Of a stretch of DNA of 36,414 bases, positions 17,705-28,400 are shown piece after piece (within the stretch, counting starts at the first letter, position 1; the number at the start of each line of letters is the position of its first letter). A model generated the notes under the pieces. That model was given only the letters and a program-made list of their open reading frames with translations, was not told where the DNA came from and did no database searches. The stretch is from Methanobacteriota archaeon (GTDB taxonomy: Archaea; Thermoplasmatota; E2; JACPAO01): NCBI GenBank assembly GCA_016180755.1, contig JACPAO010000064.1:1-36414 (forward strand). Reading direction: 5' to 3'. Both the position numbers and the translations under genes were made by a program.

Positions 17705-17878
17705 TGTACTAATCGTATGTCGTATTAGTTATAAGGAATTTCGGTTCTCTCTTGAGAAAACGGTCAAACAAAAGGCGAACCTTAATCTTGTTCGCCTTCG
17801 ATTGAAGGGAATACCGGCAATCTTCCCTGGAGGGATCCCCCTTGGCTAAACCAGCTAATACGACAAAGAAATTGTACA
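17705..17878. repeat. Inverted repeat pair flanking the promoter, leader and start codon of the giant surface-protein gene
   Basis: TGTCGTATTAG (17718-17728) and CTAATACGACA (17855-17865) are perfect 11-bp complements, extending imperfectly to TGTAC/GTACA (17705/17878). Confidence 0.7.
17729..17841 (+). promoter_or_regulatory. TATA box, structured 5' UTR and SD of the giant surface-protein gene
   Basis: TTATAA at 17729-17734; hairpins AAGGCGAAC/GTTCGCCTT (17772-17798) and AGGGAA/TTCCCT (17806-17828); GGAGG at 17829-17833, 8 nt before TTG. Confidence 0.7.
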
Positions 17879-20800
17879 CAGTATTTGTAGTCGCGGCCCT
17901 GCTCGCGTCGTCAATTCTACTTATCGGCTCGGGGAACGACTCGAACGCCGTCGCCCAGACCGCCCCCGCGCTCCAGATCACTGCGCTCGACTACACGACC
18001 CTCCCCACCGAGATGTTCGGCGACGGCGCGGCCGTCCACGTCAAGCTCATCGACTCCGCCAAGGACACGACTGACCTCCCCGACAAGGTCACCGGCGTCT
18101 CCGTGAAGTCCGTGACGTCGGGCGGCGCCGCCCTCGACCCCCAGGGGGCCAGCGGAACCCCATGGACGATCGACCTCATCGAGACGGGCTACCACACGGG
18201 TGTCTTCGTCGGCTCCTTCATCGTCGCGACCGCCCCCGGCTGCACGACGCCCGGCGCCTCGCCCGCACCCCTGTGCCCGCCCGTGAAGACCCACCCCCAT
18301 TACGGCAAGATCTTCGGCGACGGCATCCTCAAGGTCGCGGCGAACGCCAAGATCACGGTCTCGAAGGACTCGCTGACAGATGACGTCTCCTGGCGGGTCG
18401 CGGACGACTCGACCGCGACGGCCGCCGTGGTCGCGCCCGTGCCGGCCCCCGCGGGCTTCCCGCCCGTCATCCCCGGGTACGGGATCCAGATCGGCTTCCG
18501 CGTCTTCGACGCCGACCTCCACGCGACGACTTCGCTCGACGTGTACCCCGCGGCCGGCGTGCCCTCGCTCCTGCGCGTCTTCTCCGACAGCGACCCCACC
18601 GGCGAAGTGGTAACGCTCGTCGAGAGCAAGGACCAGAGCGCGACCGTGACGACGCCCGTGCCGACGCCCGGCGCAAGCAAGGCCGACGGAGGCTATTTCT
18701 TCGGCACCATAGGTTTCGAGGCGAGCGCCGTGCCCGCGAACGGCAAGGTGTTCGTCCAGCATGGGGACCGCGTCCAGGCCGTGCTCACGGACCTTCGCGG
18801 CACAAACGGGCTCGCGCGCACCCTCGAGCTGCCGCGGGACCTCGTCGCCTCGTTCAATTCCTGGACCTTCCAGACGTCGAGCGAAGGAAGCGTCGGTTTC
18901 GCAGGCGACCCGTACTTCGGGGCGGACGCCGTTCCGGCCGGCGGCGACGGTTTCTTCGAGACCCAACCCGTCCTCTTCGTGTTCGACGTCGACGAGTCGG
19001 TCCAGAACGCGGGGCGCGACACCGTCGTCGTCAAGGTGACGACGACGAGCGACAGCGTGGGAAGCTGCGTCGAGCTCACCGAGCTCGGAGGGGGCAGCGG
19101 CCTGTTCTTCGGAAACTTGGTCGTCGTGACGACGGACCAGGCGCAGGTTCCAACGAGCGCCGCGAACGCCCGCCACCCGCCGCCTTCGACGCCCTTTGGC
19201 GGCGGATGCCCGAACCAAGGACCTTGGGTCCGCGCGGCGAACGGCGACCGCCTCAACGCCCAGTACACCGACCTCACGGACTTCGGCGGCGTCACGCAGA
19301 CGCGGACCGCCCTGTCCCGGTTCTTCACCGTCCAAACGGCCTGCGTCCAACTCGGCCCCGACGGATGCGCCGCCTCGACCGGCCCGACCGGCCGCCTCGT
19401 CGGCGCAACGGGTTCCCACAACGTGATCGTCGTCGACCCCGACGCGAACCTCGACCCCCTCGTCCAAGAGCAAGTCACGGTCAAAGTGAAGTCCACGAGC
19501 GATCCCTCTTCCCTCAGCGTCACGCTCACCGAGATCCCGGAGAACAGCGGTCGCTTCATCGGGAACTTCCAGTTCGGGGACTCGACCGGCGCCGGCCGCC
19601 TGCGGGTCACCGACCGGGACCAGGTCGTCGTCGAGTACGACGACGCGCGCCGTGCCGACGGGACCCGTGGGATTGTGCGCTCCAACCTGGTCACCTGGCG
19701 CGACGCGACCGACGGCCAGGTGTTCCTGGACGCGCCCTACTACGTGAAGCAGGCCACGGGCACCTCGTACGGCACGGCAGCCAACGTCATGATCCTCGAC
19801 GCCGACCAGAACGACCCCTACCTGCGCGACGTCGTGAGCGTCAGCATGGTCGACCTCGACAGTGGGCAGGGCGTCACGTACGCGAACGTGCTCGAGACGG
19901 GAATCGACACCGGGATGTTCCATGTCGAGGTCCCGTTCGGCACCGGGACCGTGGGCGGCGTTCCACGCTTCGACCCCGGCACGCTCGTCACCGACAACAA
20001 CGACGACCTGCGCGCCGAGTACTCGGACCCCGTCGCCGACGACGGGACGCCGAAGACGTTTGCGTCGCCGAACGCGAAGTGGCTCGTGGGTAGCGCTTTG
20101 AGCCGGCTGGAGACCGCGACGGGCGAGCGGCTCACCTCCATCTACATCGGCACCGCGGCCCCCCAAAGCCTCGACCTCACGGTCAAGGTGGCCGTCTACA
20201 GCTCCACGCCCGTCACGTCGATCGGCGTCCACTCCTCCCGCTGCAGCACGGACGTCCCGGTGACGCTGTCCCCCTCGGGTGACCGGTTCGTCGGCGACCT
20301 CATCCTCACCACCGACCCGGGAACCGCGGGCGACCAGGCCGCCCGGTGCACGGCGCTGCGCCAGGGCTCACCGGCCAAGCTCGGCGTGAACGTTGGCGAC
20401 GGCCAGGTCGTGCAGATCACCGGCGACACCGCGAACATCGCCGTCTCGCGCGCCCGGGCAACGACCGGCTACGACTTCCTCGACGCCTCGGGCGGCCCCC
20501 TCCTTCGCGCGTTCGGCCGCGTCGCGCCCGTTGGGCTGCGCATCGTCGGCAGCGCCCAGAACGAGGACTCCTCCGCCCGCGACGTCGGCGTCCTGCAGAT
20601 TTTCCCGCGCGGCGCGATCCTTAGCCCGGCCGATGCGGACGTCATCAACGTCGTCGCCGTGGAGACCGGCTCCGATACGAACACGTTCCTCACCTCGTTC
20701 GGTTTCGGCGCCGTCTCGAGCGGGGCGGCCCAGGTGGTTCGGGCGAACATCCCCACGACCGCCCAGGTGCCCCGGGACGTGCAGAACGGCCGGCAGCTGC

Positions 20801-23800
20801 CCGGCGCCAACATCCGTGCGAAACTCATGAACGACCCGGCCGTGGAAGGCGTATACTGGTACCCGGCGACCGACCCCTCGTTTTCCCCGACCGCGGCGGG
20901 AAGCCTCTCCGGCAAGCCCCGAGTCCGGATCGTGGACGACGAGTCGACGGGGTACGTCTTCGGCGAGACCCTCCAAGGCAGCGGTGTGGCGGCGTACACG
21001 CTGGCCTCGAGCTCCGTCGAGGCCTCCCACGTGATCGTGTCCGTGACGCGCGCCGAGACGACGCCCAGCCCAAGCGAGCACACGGTCGGCGCCGTGGCGG
21101 AGGGCTCGTTGCGGCCGATCCTCGACAGGAACCGGGACGGCGTCCTATCCTGCGCCGACGTGACCCTTTCGCCGAGCACGGCCACCTGCAGCAGCACGGA
21201 GGCCGATCTGGTAGCCGGCGTGGTCAAGTACAGCACGCCGTCGTGCACGCCCTCCTTGACGCAGCAGTGCGCTTCGTTCGAGGTCCAGTACGAATACCAG
21301 GCGATCCCGTCGACATCGCTCGCGAGCCCCAACAACGACGGGTTCCACTATCGCCAGACCCTCGCGAACCAAATCACGTTCGGCGAGGCCATCCCCACCG
21401 GCCGGACGATCTCCGTGGACTACCGTGTGACGTCCATGATGGTTGCGGTCGGAAGCGAGAACGGCGGCGAACAGGAGCAGATCCCCTTTGTCCTCATCCG
21501 CACCAACACGGCCCAGGCGAATGACCCGATGCAATACGAGGCGCAGATCACGGTCGAGGCGTTGGCGGTCGCGAGCAACCAGGCCGTCAAGGTCACCGGG
21601 GGGGCCACCACCCACCAGGACCGGCTCGTCGTGAGCTACGCCGACCCGCACATGGTCGATGGCCTTCCGGGCGTGAGCTCGTCGTCCCACTTCCGCAACC
21701 GCGTGGCGACCGTCGACTGGCTCGAGACCGAGACGGGCACGCTGTCGTTCCGCAAGAGCGACTTCAGCGGGGCGGCGCCCTCGCCGTTCTTCGGCCCCTT
21801 CGTCCCCGTGGAGGTCCGGGACCTCGACTTCGATTCGACCGGCGATCCGGACTCGTTCCTCATCACGGCCCGCAATGCCGCCAACGCCCAGGACACCGTC
21901 GCGGTCGCCGTCCGCGAGACAGGGACGCGCACAGGCCTCTTCCGCGGGCTCGTTCCGGTGGTACCTGGAACGCCGGTATCGGGTGACGGATCCATCAACA
22001 TCGCGGGCGGCTCCGGGGCCATTGTGGTCTCGTACACCGACCCGCAAAGCGTCACCGGCACGACCGTCACGCCGGCGATCAGCATCGGCTGGCGGCCCTC
22101 CGCGACCGGTTTCGTCGTGGTCTCGGGCTCCCCCGCGGTCCCTTCGACGAACCCCGGCCCGCCCGTCCCGCCGGTCACCCTCAAGGGTTCCTCGGACGCC
22201 CTCTACATCCGTGTCACCGATGGCGACCGCAACCTCGACGACAACTTCATCGACCAGCTGACGGTGAACGTGTTCTCCTTCGCCGACCCGGCCGGCGAGA
22301 CCATCACGCTCCTCGAGGACGGGCCGCGGACGAACAGTTTCGTCTCCGCGGGCGTGCGCTTCGAGACGTCGCTCGTGGCTGGCAACGGCAAGGTCTTCGC
22401 GCCCGACTTCGCGGGCGGAGGCGAGACGATCCGCGTCCGGTACGTGGATCCGCTCAACCAGGTCGGGCTGCGCGTGACGGAGGAGCCTCCCGCGACCATC
22501 TCGTGGGACCGGACCTTCGACACGCAGATCGCGTTCAACCGGGAGTTCTACATCGGGTTCGATCCCACGATTTCCCCCGACCCGAACGGGGTCCACGCGA
22601 ACACCCTCATGCAGGACGTCACCGTGCTGGTGGCGGACGGCGACCTCAATCAGCTCGCCGGCACGGTGGAGCGGCACTCGACCCGCCTCAAGCTCGGTAG
22701 GCTCGACGCGAGCGGTGAGTTCGTAGCGGGAACCGACAAGACGTTCGAGATCGTGGAGGTCGGCGCGAACACGGGCGTGTTCTTCGGCCGCGCCACCTTC
22801 AAGAACTCGGCCGCGAGCGACCCCGAGGATGCCCCCATCACGTCCACGGCCAAGACCGGCCGCGTCGGCATGACCCCTGATCTTACGAACGCGCGCCTGA
22901 GGGCCCGCGTCGTCGACGATTTCGGCGCGGCCGGCGACTCGCTGGTCTTCGTCCGGGACGCCGACTGGTTCCGTCCCGGGTTCGGCGTCATCAAGCTCGA
23001 CCGGGCCGGGTACAACGTCATCACCCAGCAGCCCGAGATCAGCGTCTGGGACGCCCACCGCGACACGGACCCCACGGGGACCGGGACGGCGGACACGCTC
23101 TCCGTCACGGTGAAGTCGAACGAGAACCCGACCGGCATCTCGCTCACTCTTACGGAGACGGCCGTGCACAGCGGCCTCTTCAAGGGCAAAGTCACGTTGA
23201 GCCAGGCCGCGACCCCGGCCGCAGGAGCCATCAAGGTCCGCAACAACGACGTCCTCCAGGCGGTCTACGCGGACCAGAACCCGACGGGCAGCCGCACGGC
23301 CTCCGCGACGATCGCGATCGGCGACACGACGCCGCCGGTAACGAGCCTCGTCACGTCCCCGGCCGTGGCCGATGGCCTGCGCGGCGTGTTCAAGACGAAG
23401 CCCTTGGTATCGTTCACGGCGAGCGAGCCCATCCAGAAGACCTTCTACCGGATCGGCACCGGCGCGACGCAGGAGTTCCCCCAAGGCGGGACCGCGTTCG
23501 AGCTCGGCGAGGGATCCCACCTCGTGAAGTTCTGGAGCATCGACTCCGTCGGCAACACGGAGGCGGACCCGAACCGCACCGTGGAAGTCGACCTCACCAA
23601 TCCGACCCAGGCGCTCTCCGGGCTCCGCGGGGCCGCGGACGCCGGGGGCAAGGTCACCCTCAACTGGACCGCGCCCGCCGCCACGACGAACCCGTTCGAC
23701 TTCTTCGAGTACGTCGTGTTCCGCGACGGCGGCGCGACGCCCCTGGGCGCGGTGTCGCAGCCGAACTTCACGGACTCGACCGTGAACGACGAGCAGGCTC

Positions 23801-25119
23801 ACACGTACCAGGTCGCGATCCGCGACAAGTCCGGCCGCCAAGGCCCCTTGTCGACGAGCGTGAGCGTCACGCCCGACAAGACGGTCCCCGTGCTCTCAGG
23901 CGCGTCCGTCTCGCCGGCGAAGTTCGACACGCGCGCGAAGCCTACGGGCCTCGCGGTCGCGGTCACGGCGACGGACACGAACCTGAAGGAGGTCACGGCG
24001 GCCCTCGTACCCCCCTCGGGGACGGCCATCGTCACGGCGACCCTAACTCGCGGCGCCTCCGGCCCGCACGCCGGGACGCTCGCGGTCTCCGCCGTCGACC
24101 AGCCGTGCGCCTGCCAGGTCGTGTTCACCGCGACGGACCAGGCCGGCAACGTCGCGACGGCCAACGCCTCGCTCACCGTCACCGGACCCGACACGGAGCC
24201 CCCGAAGGTCTCGTTCCCCAACCTTGGCTCGAACGCTGAGGTCGCCCTCGGGACGCCCGTCGACGTGACGGTCACGGACAACGTCGCGCTCGCAACCGTC
24301 ACCTACACCGTCGACGGCGGCACCCCGCAGACCGCCACCATCACGACGCCGACCTCCGTCTCGTTCAGCGTCCCAACGGGCACGCTCGGCCTGGGCCCGC
24401 ACACGGTCGTCGTCACGGCCGTCGACCAGGCCGTCGACGCGAGCGGCAACCCCGCCCCCAACCAGGCCGTGGGCACCGCGAACTTCGTGCTCAAGGAAGC
24501 CGCCCAGATCGGAAAGAGCGGGTTCCTGCCGACCAACGCCACCGCCTTATCGAACGGAGACGTGAAGGTCACGTGGACGCTGCCCGAGGACGTCCCGGCG
24601 GGCGGCGTCGGTGGCTTCCAGGTCTGGCGCGCCGCGAGCCCCTTCGCGCTCGTCGGGACCGTCGAGGACCCGAGCCGCCGCGAATTCATCGACGAGTCGG
24701 CCGTCGCCGGCCGCGTCTACCGCTACGTCGTCTCCTGGTACGGGGCGTCCCCGCTCGAGTCGCTGCAGCAGGTCGTCGGTTTCACGTCCGAGGAGGACGT
24801 GCCCGCCTCCGCCCCCGTGACGGCGGAGAAGACGGGCATCCCGGCCTGGGTCTGGGTCGTTTCCGCGATCGCCGGCATCATCGCGATCGCCATCATCGTC
24901 GGCGCGACCGTCGCCATGCGAAGCCGCAACCGCGGCGGCGCGACGCAGCAGGTCGTCATGACCCCGCCCCCCGAAGCGGAGGCCTCGGGGCAGGAGGCGG
25001 CTCAGGGCGAGCTTCACCGGCTGAAGTGCCCCCAGTGCCAGCACCGGTTCGAGGTCGTCGGGACGAAGCCGATCGTGACCGTCTGCCCCAACTGTGGCAA
25101 GAAGGGCATCCTCCGATGA
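17842..25119 (+). CDS. Giant 2425-aa cell-surface, S-layer-like protein: signal peptide, ~11-12 DxDxN/ETGxxTGxF repeats, Ig/FN3 domains, TM, cytoplasmic zinc ribbon
   Basis: N-terminal signal; repeated D-x-D-x-N-x-D and (L/V)xETGxx(T/S)GxFxG motifs; DTTPP-type Ig and WTAP...YxVFR FN3 modules; TM IPAWVWVVSAIAGIIAIAIIVGATVAM; CPQC...CPNCGKKG. Confidence 0.9.
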   Translation: MAKPANTTKKLYTVFVVAALLASSILLIGSGNDSNAVAQTAPALQITALDYTTLPTEMFGDGAAVHVKLIDSAKDTTDLPDKVTGVSVKSVTSGGAALDPQGASGTPWTIDLIETGYHTGVFVGSFIVATAPGCTTPGASPAPLCPPVKTHPHYGKIFGDGILKVAANAKITVSKDSLTDDVSWRVADDSTATAAVVAPVPAPAGFPPVIPGYGIQIGFRVFDADLHATTSLDVYPAAGVPSLLRVFSDSDPTGEVVTLVESKDQSATVTTPVPTPGASKADGGYFFGTIGFEASAVPANGKVFVQHGDRVQAVLTDLRGTNGLARTLELPRDLVASFNSWTFQTSSEGSVGFAGDPYFGADAVPAGGDGFFETQPVLFVFDVDESVQNAGRDTVVVKVTTTSDSVGSCVELTELGGGSGLFFGNLVVVTTDQAQVPTSAANARHPPPSTPFGGGCPNQGPWVRAANGDRLNAQYTDLTDFGGVTQTRTALSRFFTVQTACVQLGPDGCAASTGPTGRLVGATGSHNVIVVDPDANLDPLVQEQVTVKVKSTSDPSSLSVTLTEIPENSGRFIGNFQFGDSTGAGRLRVTDRDQVVVEYDDARRADGTRGIVRSNLVTWRDATDGQVFLDAPYYVKQATGTSYGTAANVMILDADQNDPYLRDVVSVSMVDLDSGQGVTYANVLETGIDTGMFHVEVPFGTGTVGGVPRFDPGTLVTDNNDDLRAEYSDPVADDGTPKTFASPNAKWLVGSALSRLETATGERLTSIYIGTAAPQSLDLTVKVAVYSSTPVTSIGVHSSRCSTDVPVTLSPSGDRFVGDLILTTDPGTAGDQAARCTALRQGSPAKLGVNVGDGQVVQITGDTANIAVSRARATTGYDFLDASGGPLLRAFGRVAPVGLRIVGSAQNEDSSARDVGVLQIFPRGAILSPADADVINVVAVETGSDTNTFLTSFGFGAVSSGAAQVVRANIPTTAQVPRDVQNGRQLPGANIRAKLMNDPAVEGVYWYPATDPSFSPTAAGSLSGKPRVRIVDDESTGYVFGETLQGSGVAAYTLASSSVEASHVIVSVTRAETTPSPSEHTVGAVAEGSLRPILDRNRDGVLSCADVTLSPSTATCSSTEADLVAGVVKYSTPSCTPSLTQQCASFEVQYEYQAIPSTSLASPNNDGFHYRQTLANQITFGEAIPTGRTISVDYRVTSMMVAVGSENGGEQEQIPFVLIRTNTAQANDPMQYEAQITVEALAVASNQAVKVTGGATTHQDRLVVSYADPHMVDGLPGVSSSSHFRNRVATVDWLETETGTLSFRKSDFSGAAPSPFFGPFVPVEVRDLDFDSTGDPDSFLITARNAANAQDTVAVAVRETGTRTGLFRGLVPVVPGTPVSGDGSINIAGGSGAIVVSYTDPQSVTGTTVTPAISIGWRPSATGFVVVSGSPAVPSTNPGPPVPPVTLKGSSDALYIRVTDGDRNLDDNFIDQLTVNVFSFADPAGETITLLEDGPRTNSFVSAGVRFETSLVAGNGKVFAPDFAGGGETIRVRYVDPLNQVGLRVTEEPPATISWDRTFDTQIAFNREFYIGFDPTISPDPNGVHANTLMQDVTVLVADGDLNQLAGTVERHSTRLKLGRLDASGEFVAGTDKTFEIVEVGANTGVFFGRATFKNSAASDPEDAPITSTAKTGRVGMTPDLTNARLRARVVDDFGAAGDSLVFVRDADWFRPGFGVIKLDRAGYNVITQQPEISVWDAHRDTDPTGTGTADTLSVTVKSNENPTGISLTLTETAVHSGLFKGKVTLSQAATPAAGAIKVRNNDVLQAVYADQNPTGSRTASATIAIGDTTPPVTSLVTSPAVADGLRGVFKTKPLVSFTASEPIQKTFYRIGTGATQEFPQGGTAFELGEGSHLVKFWSIDSVGNTEADPNRTVEVDLTNPTQALSGLRGAADAGGKVTLNWTAPAATTNPFDFFEYVVFRDGGATPLGAVSQPNFTDSTVNDEQAHTYQVAIRDKSGRQGPLSTSVSVTPDKTVPVLSGASVSPAKFDTRAKPTGLAVAVTATDTNLKEVTAALVPPSGTAIVTATLTRGASGPHAGTLAVSAVDQPCACQVVFTATDQAGNVATANASLTVTGPDTEPPKVSFPNLGSNAEVALGTPVDVTVTDNVALATVTYTVDGGTPQTATITTPTSVSFSVPTGTLGLGPHTVVVTAVDQAVDASGNPAPNQAVGTANFVLKEAAQIGKSGFLPTNATALSNGDVKVTWTLPEDVPAGGVGGFQVWRAASPFALVGTVEDPSRREFIDESAVAGRVYRYVVSWYGASPLESLQQVVGFTSEEDVPASAPVTAEKTGIPAWVWVVSAIAGIIAIAIIVGATVAMRSRNRGGATQQVVMTPPPEAEASGQEAAQGELHRLKCPQCQHRFEVVGTKPIVTVCPNCGKKGILR

Positions 25120-25480
25120 CGGGCCGCGGCGTAAGCCTTAAGAGGACCCGCGCCCCCGGACCGGGGGGTATGCGGCGGTTGTTCGTCGTACGGCCGTCTT
25201 CGGACGCAAACGAATCGACCTATATACTCCCAGGGACGTTGGACACGTCCGCGCCGCCCGAGGCCGCGATGGGCCGCGTCGACGGGATAAGTATGGGGCC
25301 AAGCTTGTGCCACAACGGATTAATACGGACCTCCGTGAGGAGGGGGTTTGCCCGACGTCCGGTACGGGACGTAGGCACCAGCAACATGGGGTGCAATGGC
25401 GTGGTCGCGGTTGGATGTAGCCTGACGATGAGTGGACCCGCCCTCGCGACCCTTTCGGACACACCGCGGAGGAATGCGTA

Positions 25481-28400
25481 ATGCGACGGATCTTGGCGTT
25501 GACGTTTGTTGGAATCTTTCTTGCCTCCGCGCTCGCGGGCGCGGGCCAGCTGCGCGTCGAGGCGCAGATCCCCATCGTGAGCGACGAGTTCGAGGGCCAG
25601 ATGGACGGGATCGAGGACGCCATCGAGGCGCAGCGGCTCGCCCTCATCGCCCAGCCTCCCATCGGCGATGTCGGCAGCGCGCTGTACGTCGACTTCTTCG
25701 ACTATGATTCGGCGACGGTTGGGGGCGACTTTGACGCGGACGGACGCGACGACTTGCTTTATGGGCAGATCTTCAACGGCGACCCCACGTTCCCATCCTG
25801 TTTCTTCATTCAGACTGACTACTTCCATTCGGCGGCCACGAAGGCCAAGACGGACCAGGACCCAACAACCGGGGCCCCCGCCGCCGACCGGACCGAGTTC
25901 GCGGCCCGGATGATGGTCTACGTGAACCAAATCACCACGCCGAACGGCGCGACGTTTTTCCTCAACGACCCCGAGGATTGTACTCAGCAGGCCTTCCCAT
26001 CGATTGGAGGGAACCCCCACCAAGTCAACGTCGATGCTGTGGTCGACCCAACAGCTCAGTGTGAGACGCGCGCGACGCCGGCCGATTCGTCCGACTTCCA
26101 ACCTTGCAAGCTCCTCCAGATCTTTGACCCGACCTCGACGGGGCTCGCGGCCCAAGGCGCGTCCTCGGGCGGAAGCTCGGTGTCCACGCAGCGAACGCCG
26201 GTCACGGGCAACGTCGACACGGCCCTGTTCCAGGTTGAACAGTGGACCCGCCTGTCGGGGTCTACCAACCTTGGCCCGCACCTGGTCCTTCGCGTCATGG
26301 ATTCGCTCGTCCAGTTCTCGGCCACGGTCAATGGCGTGGGACGGCCGACCCCTGGAAGCGTTGGCGCATCCACCACCGCCCAGCCTCTATTCTCGGCGCC
26401 CTTCGATTTCTCCAACCTCCACCTACTCTGGGGCGGCAACACGGGCGACGCCCAGCTACTGTCCAACCAGCTCTCGCGCCTCGACCTCGACGACGACGGG
26501 CGCACGGCCTTCGACGAAATCGTCTCCGGCTCGAACCCGATCAATGGCCGCTCGGTGCCCGCCGACCGCGACGGCGACGGGGCTGCGAACGGGATTGACA
26601 AGTACCCCGACGACCCTTCCAAATTCCGCGACTTTGACTGGACGATCAGCGCCCTCGGGACGACGGGCATCGGCGCGGGCATCACGCAGACGACACCGGT
26701 CACCGCGACCTTGGCGGCTCCCGCCAGCCACGTGCACCTGAAGACGGTCGATGTGTACTGGGTGCGCGACCGTGGTCAGGGAGGTACAGGCATCGACCTC
26801 TCGGACCTTTCAAAGGACCTCCGCTACCTCGTCAGCTCCACAACGTGCGGGTCCCCTCACGACTGCGGCGCGCCGTCGTTCACGACGGGGTGGAAGATCG
26901 ATGATATCGGACACGTGGACGCGACTACGGGGCTTCTCACCGACCGAAGTTGTGCCGCCAATGACTGTGTCTACACAGTGCCGGACGGCCAAGACATCAA
27001 ACTGTACATCGAGATCACGGACGACGGCGTCTACGCCGGCCAGCCTGGACAGTCGCTGACAGCCATTCTCCTCGGCGCCGTGTTCCGGGTTTCGCACAAG
27101 ACCATCGGGCCGCCGAACGCGCCCTCGGTCATCTCCGTGGTAGACGTGAACGACGTCCGGGACCTCGCCGGGACGGTTTCCGACCATATTAAGGTCACCT
27201 GGACGGCCGGGACGGCGTCGCGCAGCGGCTCCGTGAACACCGTCGTCAAGGCAACGCTGTGCCCGGCGTCGCCCGCGGCGTCGCAGACGGCCCTAGCGAT
27301 TGTCAGCGGCCCAGCCAACGCGGCGAGCGGCACGAACCTCGAGACCGTCTTTGCAATCCCGCGGACGACGGCAGGCCAATTGTTCAAGTGCGTTGACTCA
27401 AATGGAAATGAAATCCTTGTCGGCGGGCAGCCCGCTCGCGGCCGGCTTGACGCCGTCGCCACGACCAGCGAGCTCATCGACGGCGTGACCCGAACGGCGA
27501 CGGACACGAAGACCGTGACGGCTTTACACAACGTGCCGCCCACGTTGAACGCCGCCACCGGCACCGGGGTCTCGGAAGTCACGCAGAATTTCGGAGGTGC
27601 AGGCCACGCCACGGTGGAGACGGCACCGATGGGCGACTCCACCGTCAGGTTCCGCGTGCTGTACAAGGACGACAACGGTGAATGCGTGAGTGGAAGCCCG
27701 GCCGATCCTGGGCCGCAATCCGTCAAGCTAATCATCACGAAAGAGAACGGCGTGACGCTGAACCCGGCCGTGGAATTCAGCATGGCCCGCGAGGTCCAGA
27801 CGAACCAGAAGGCTCCCTCCCTTTCCTTCGTGTGTCCGACCGGCGAAGATTACAAAGCTGGGGACACGCGGTTCGTCAAGGACCTGCCCGTCTCCCCCCT
27901 CAGCAAGGCGGGATTCCTTACCATCGGAAAGACATACGAATACAAGTTCCAGACCTTCGACCGTCACGGGAACGCCATGTCCCAACCGACCGGTGTTCCG
28001 ACGAGCGGGCCCGACGCCACGATTCACCTTCAACTGGTCACGCGAAACGGCGCGGCCCCCTTCACGGTCCGCCAAGACGCCGGGTCCCAGGTCAGCGGCT
28101 TCCAAGAAAGCGTCACCACGTTCCTGAAGGGCCAAGGCTGCGACCCCGCGAAACCCGCCGAATGCCCCGACGGAATCAAGGACAACGTCGAGACCACCGC
28201 CAACTGCGACCTCGACGGCGACGGTAAGGTCGGCGACAAGCCCATCGCCACGGTGCCCGGCGCCCAACCCTGCAAAGACGTCGGCACCTCCATCGTGCAG
28301 CCCATCGTCGACGGCCTCGTGGAAGACGTGACCGAGGCCATCAACGGCGCGATGACGAACGGCCTTCCGAACCCCTGGACGAGCACCCGCTGCGACCCGA

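Noticed and set aside
25153-25167. CCCCCGG-A-CCGGGGG palindrome after the giant gene as a terminator
   Set aside because: No T tract follows, and such GC palindromes are common at this composition.
25420-25460. CTGACGA resembling the hammerhead ribozyme core CUGANGA
   Set aside because: No downstream stem II plus GAAA and no matching cleavage triplet arrangement.
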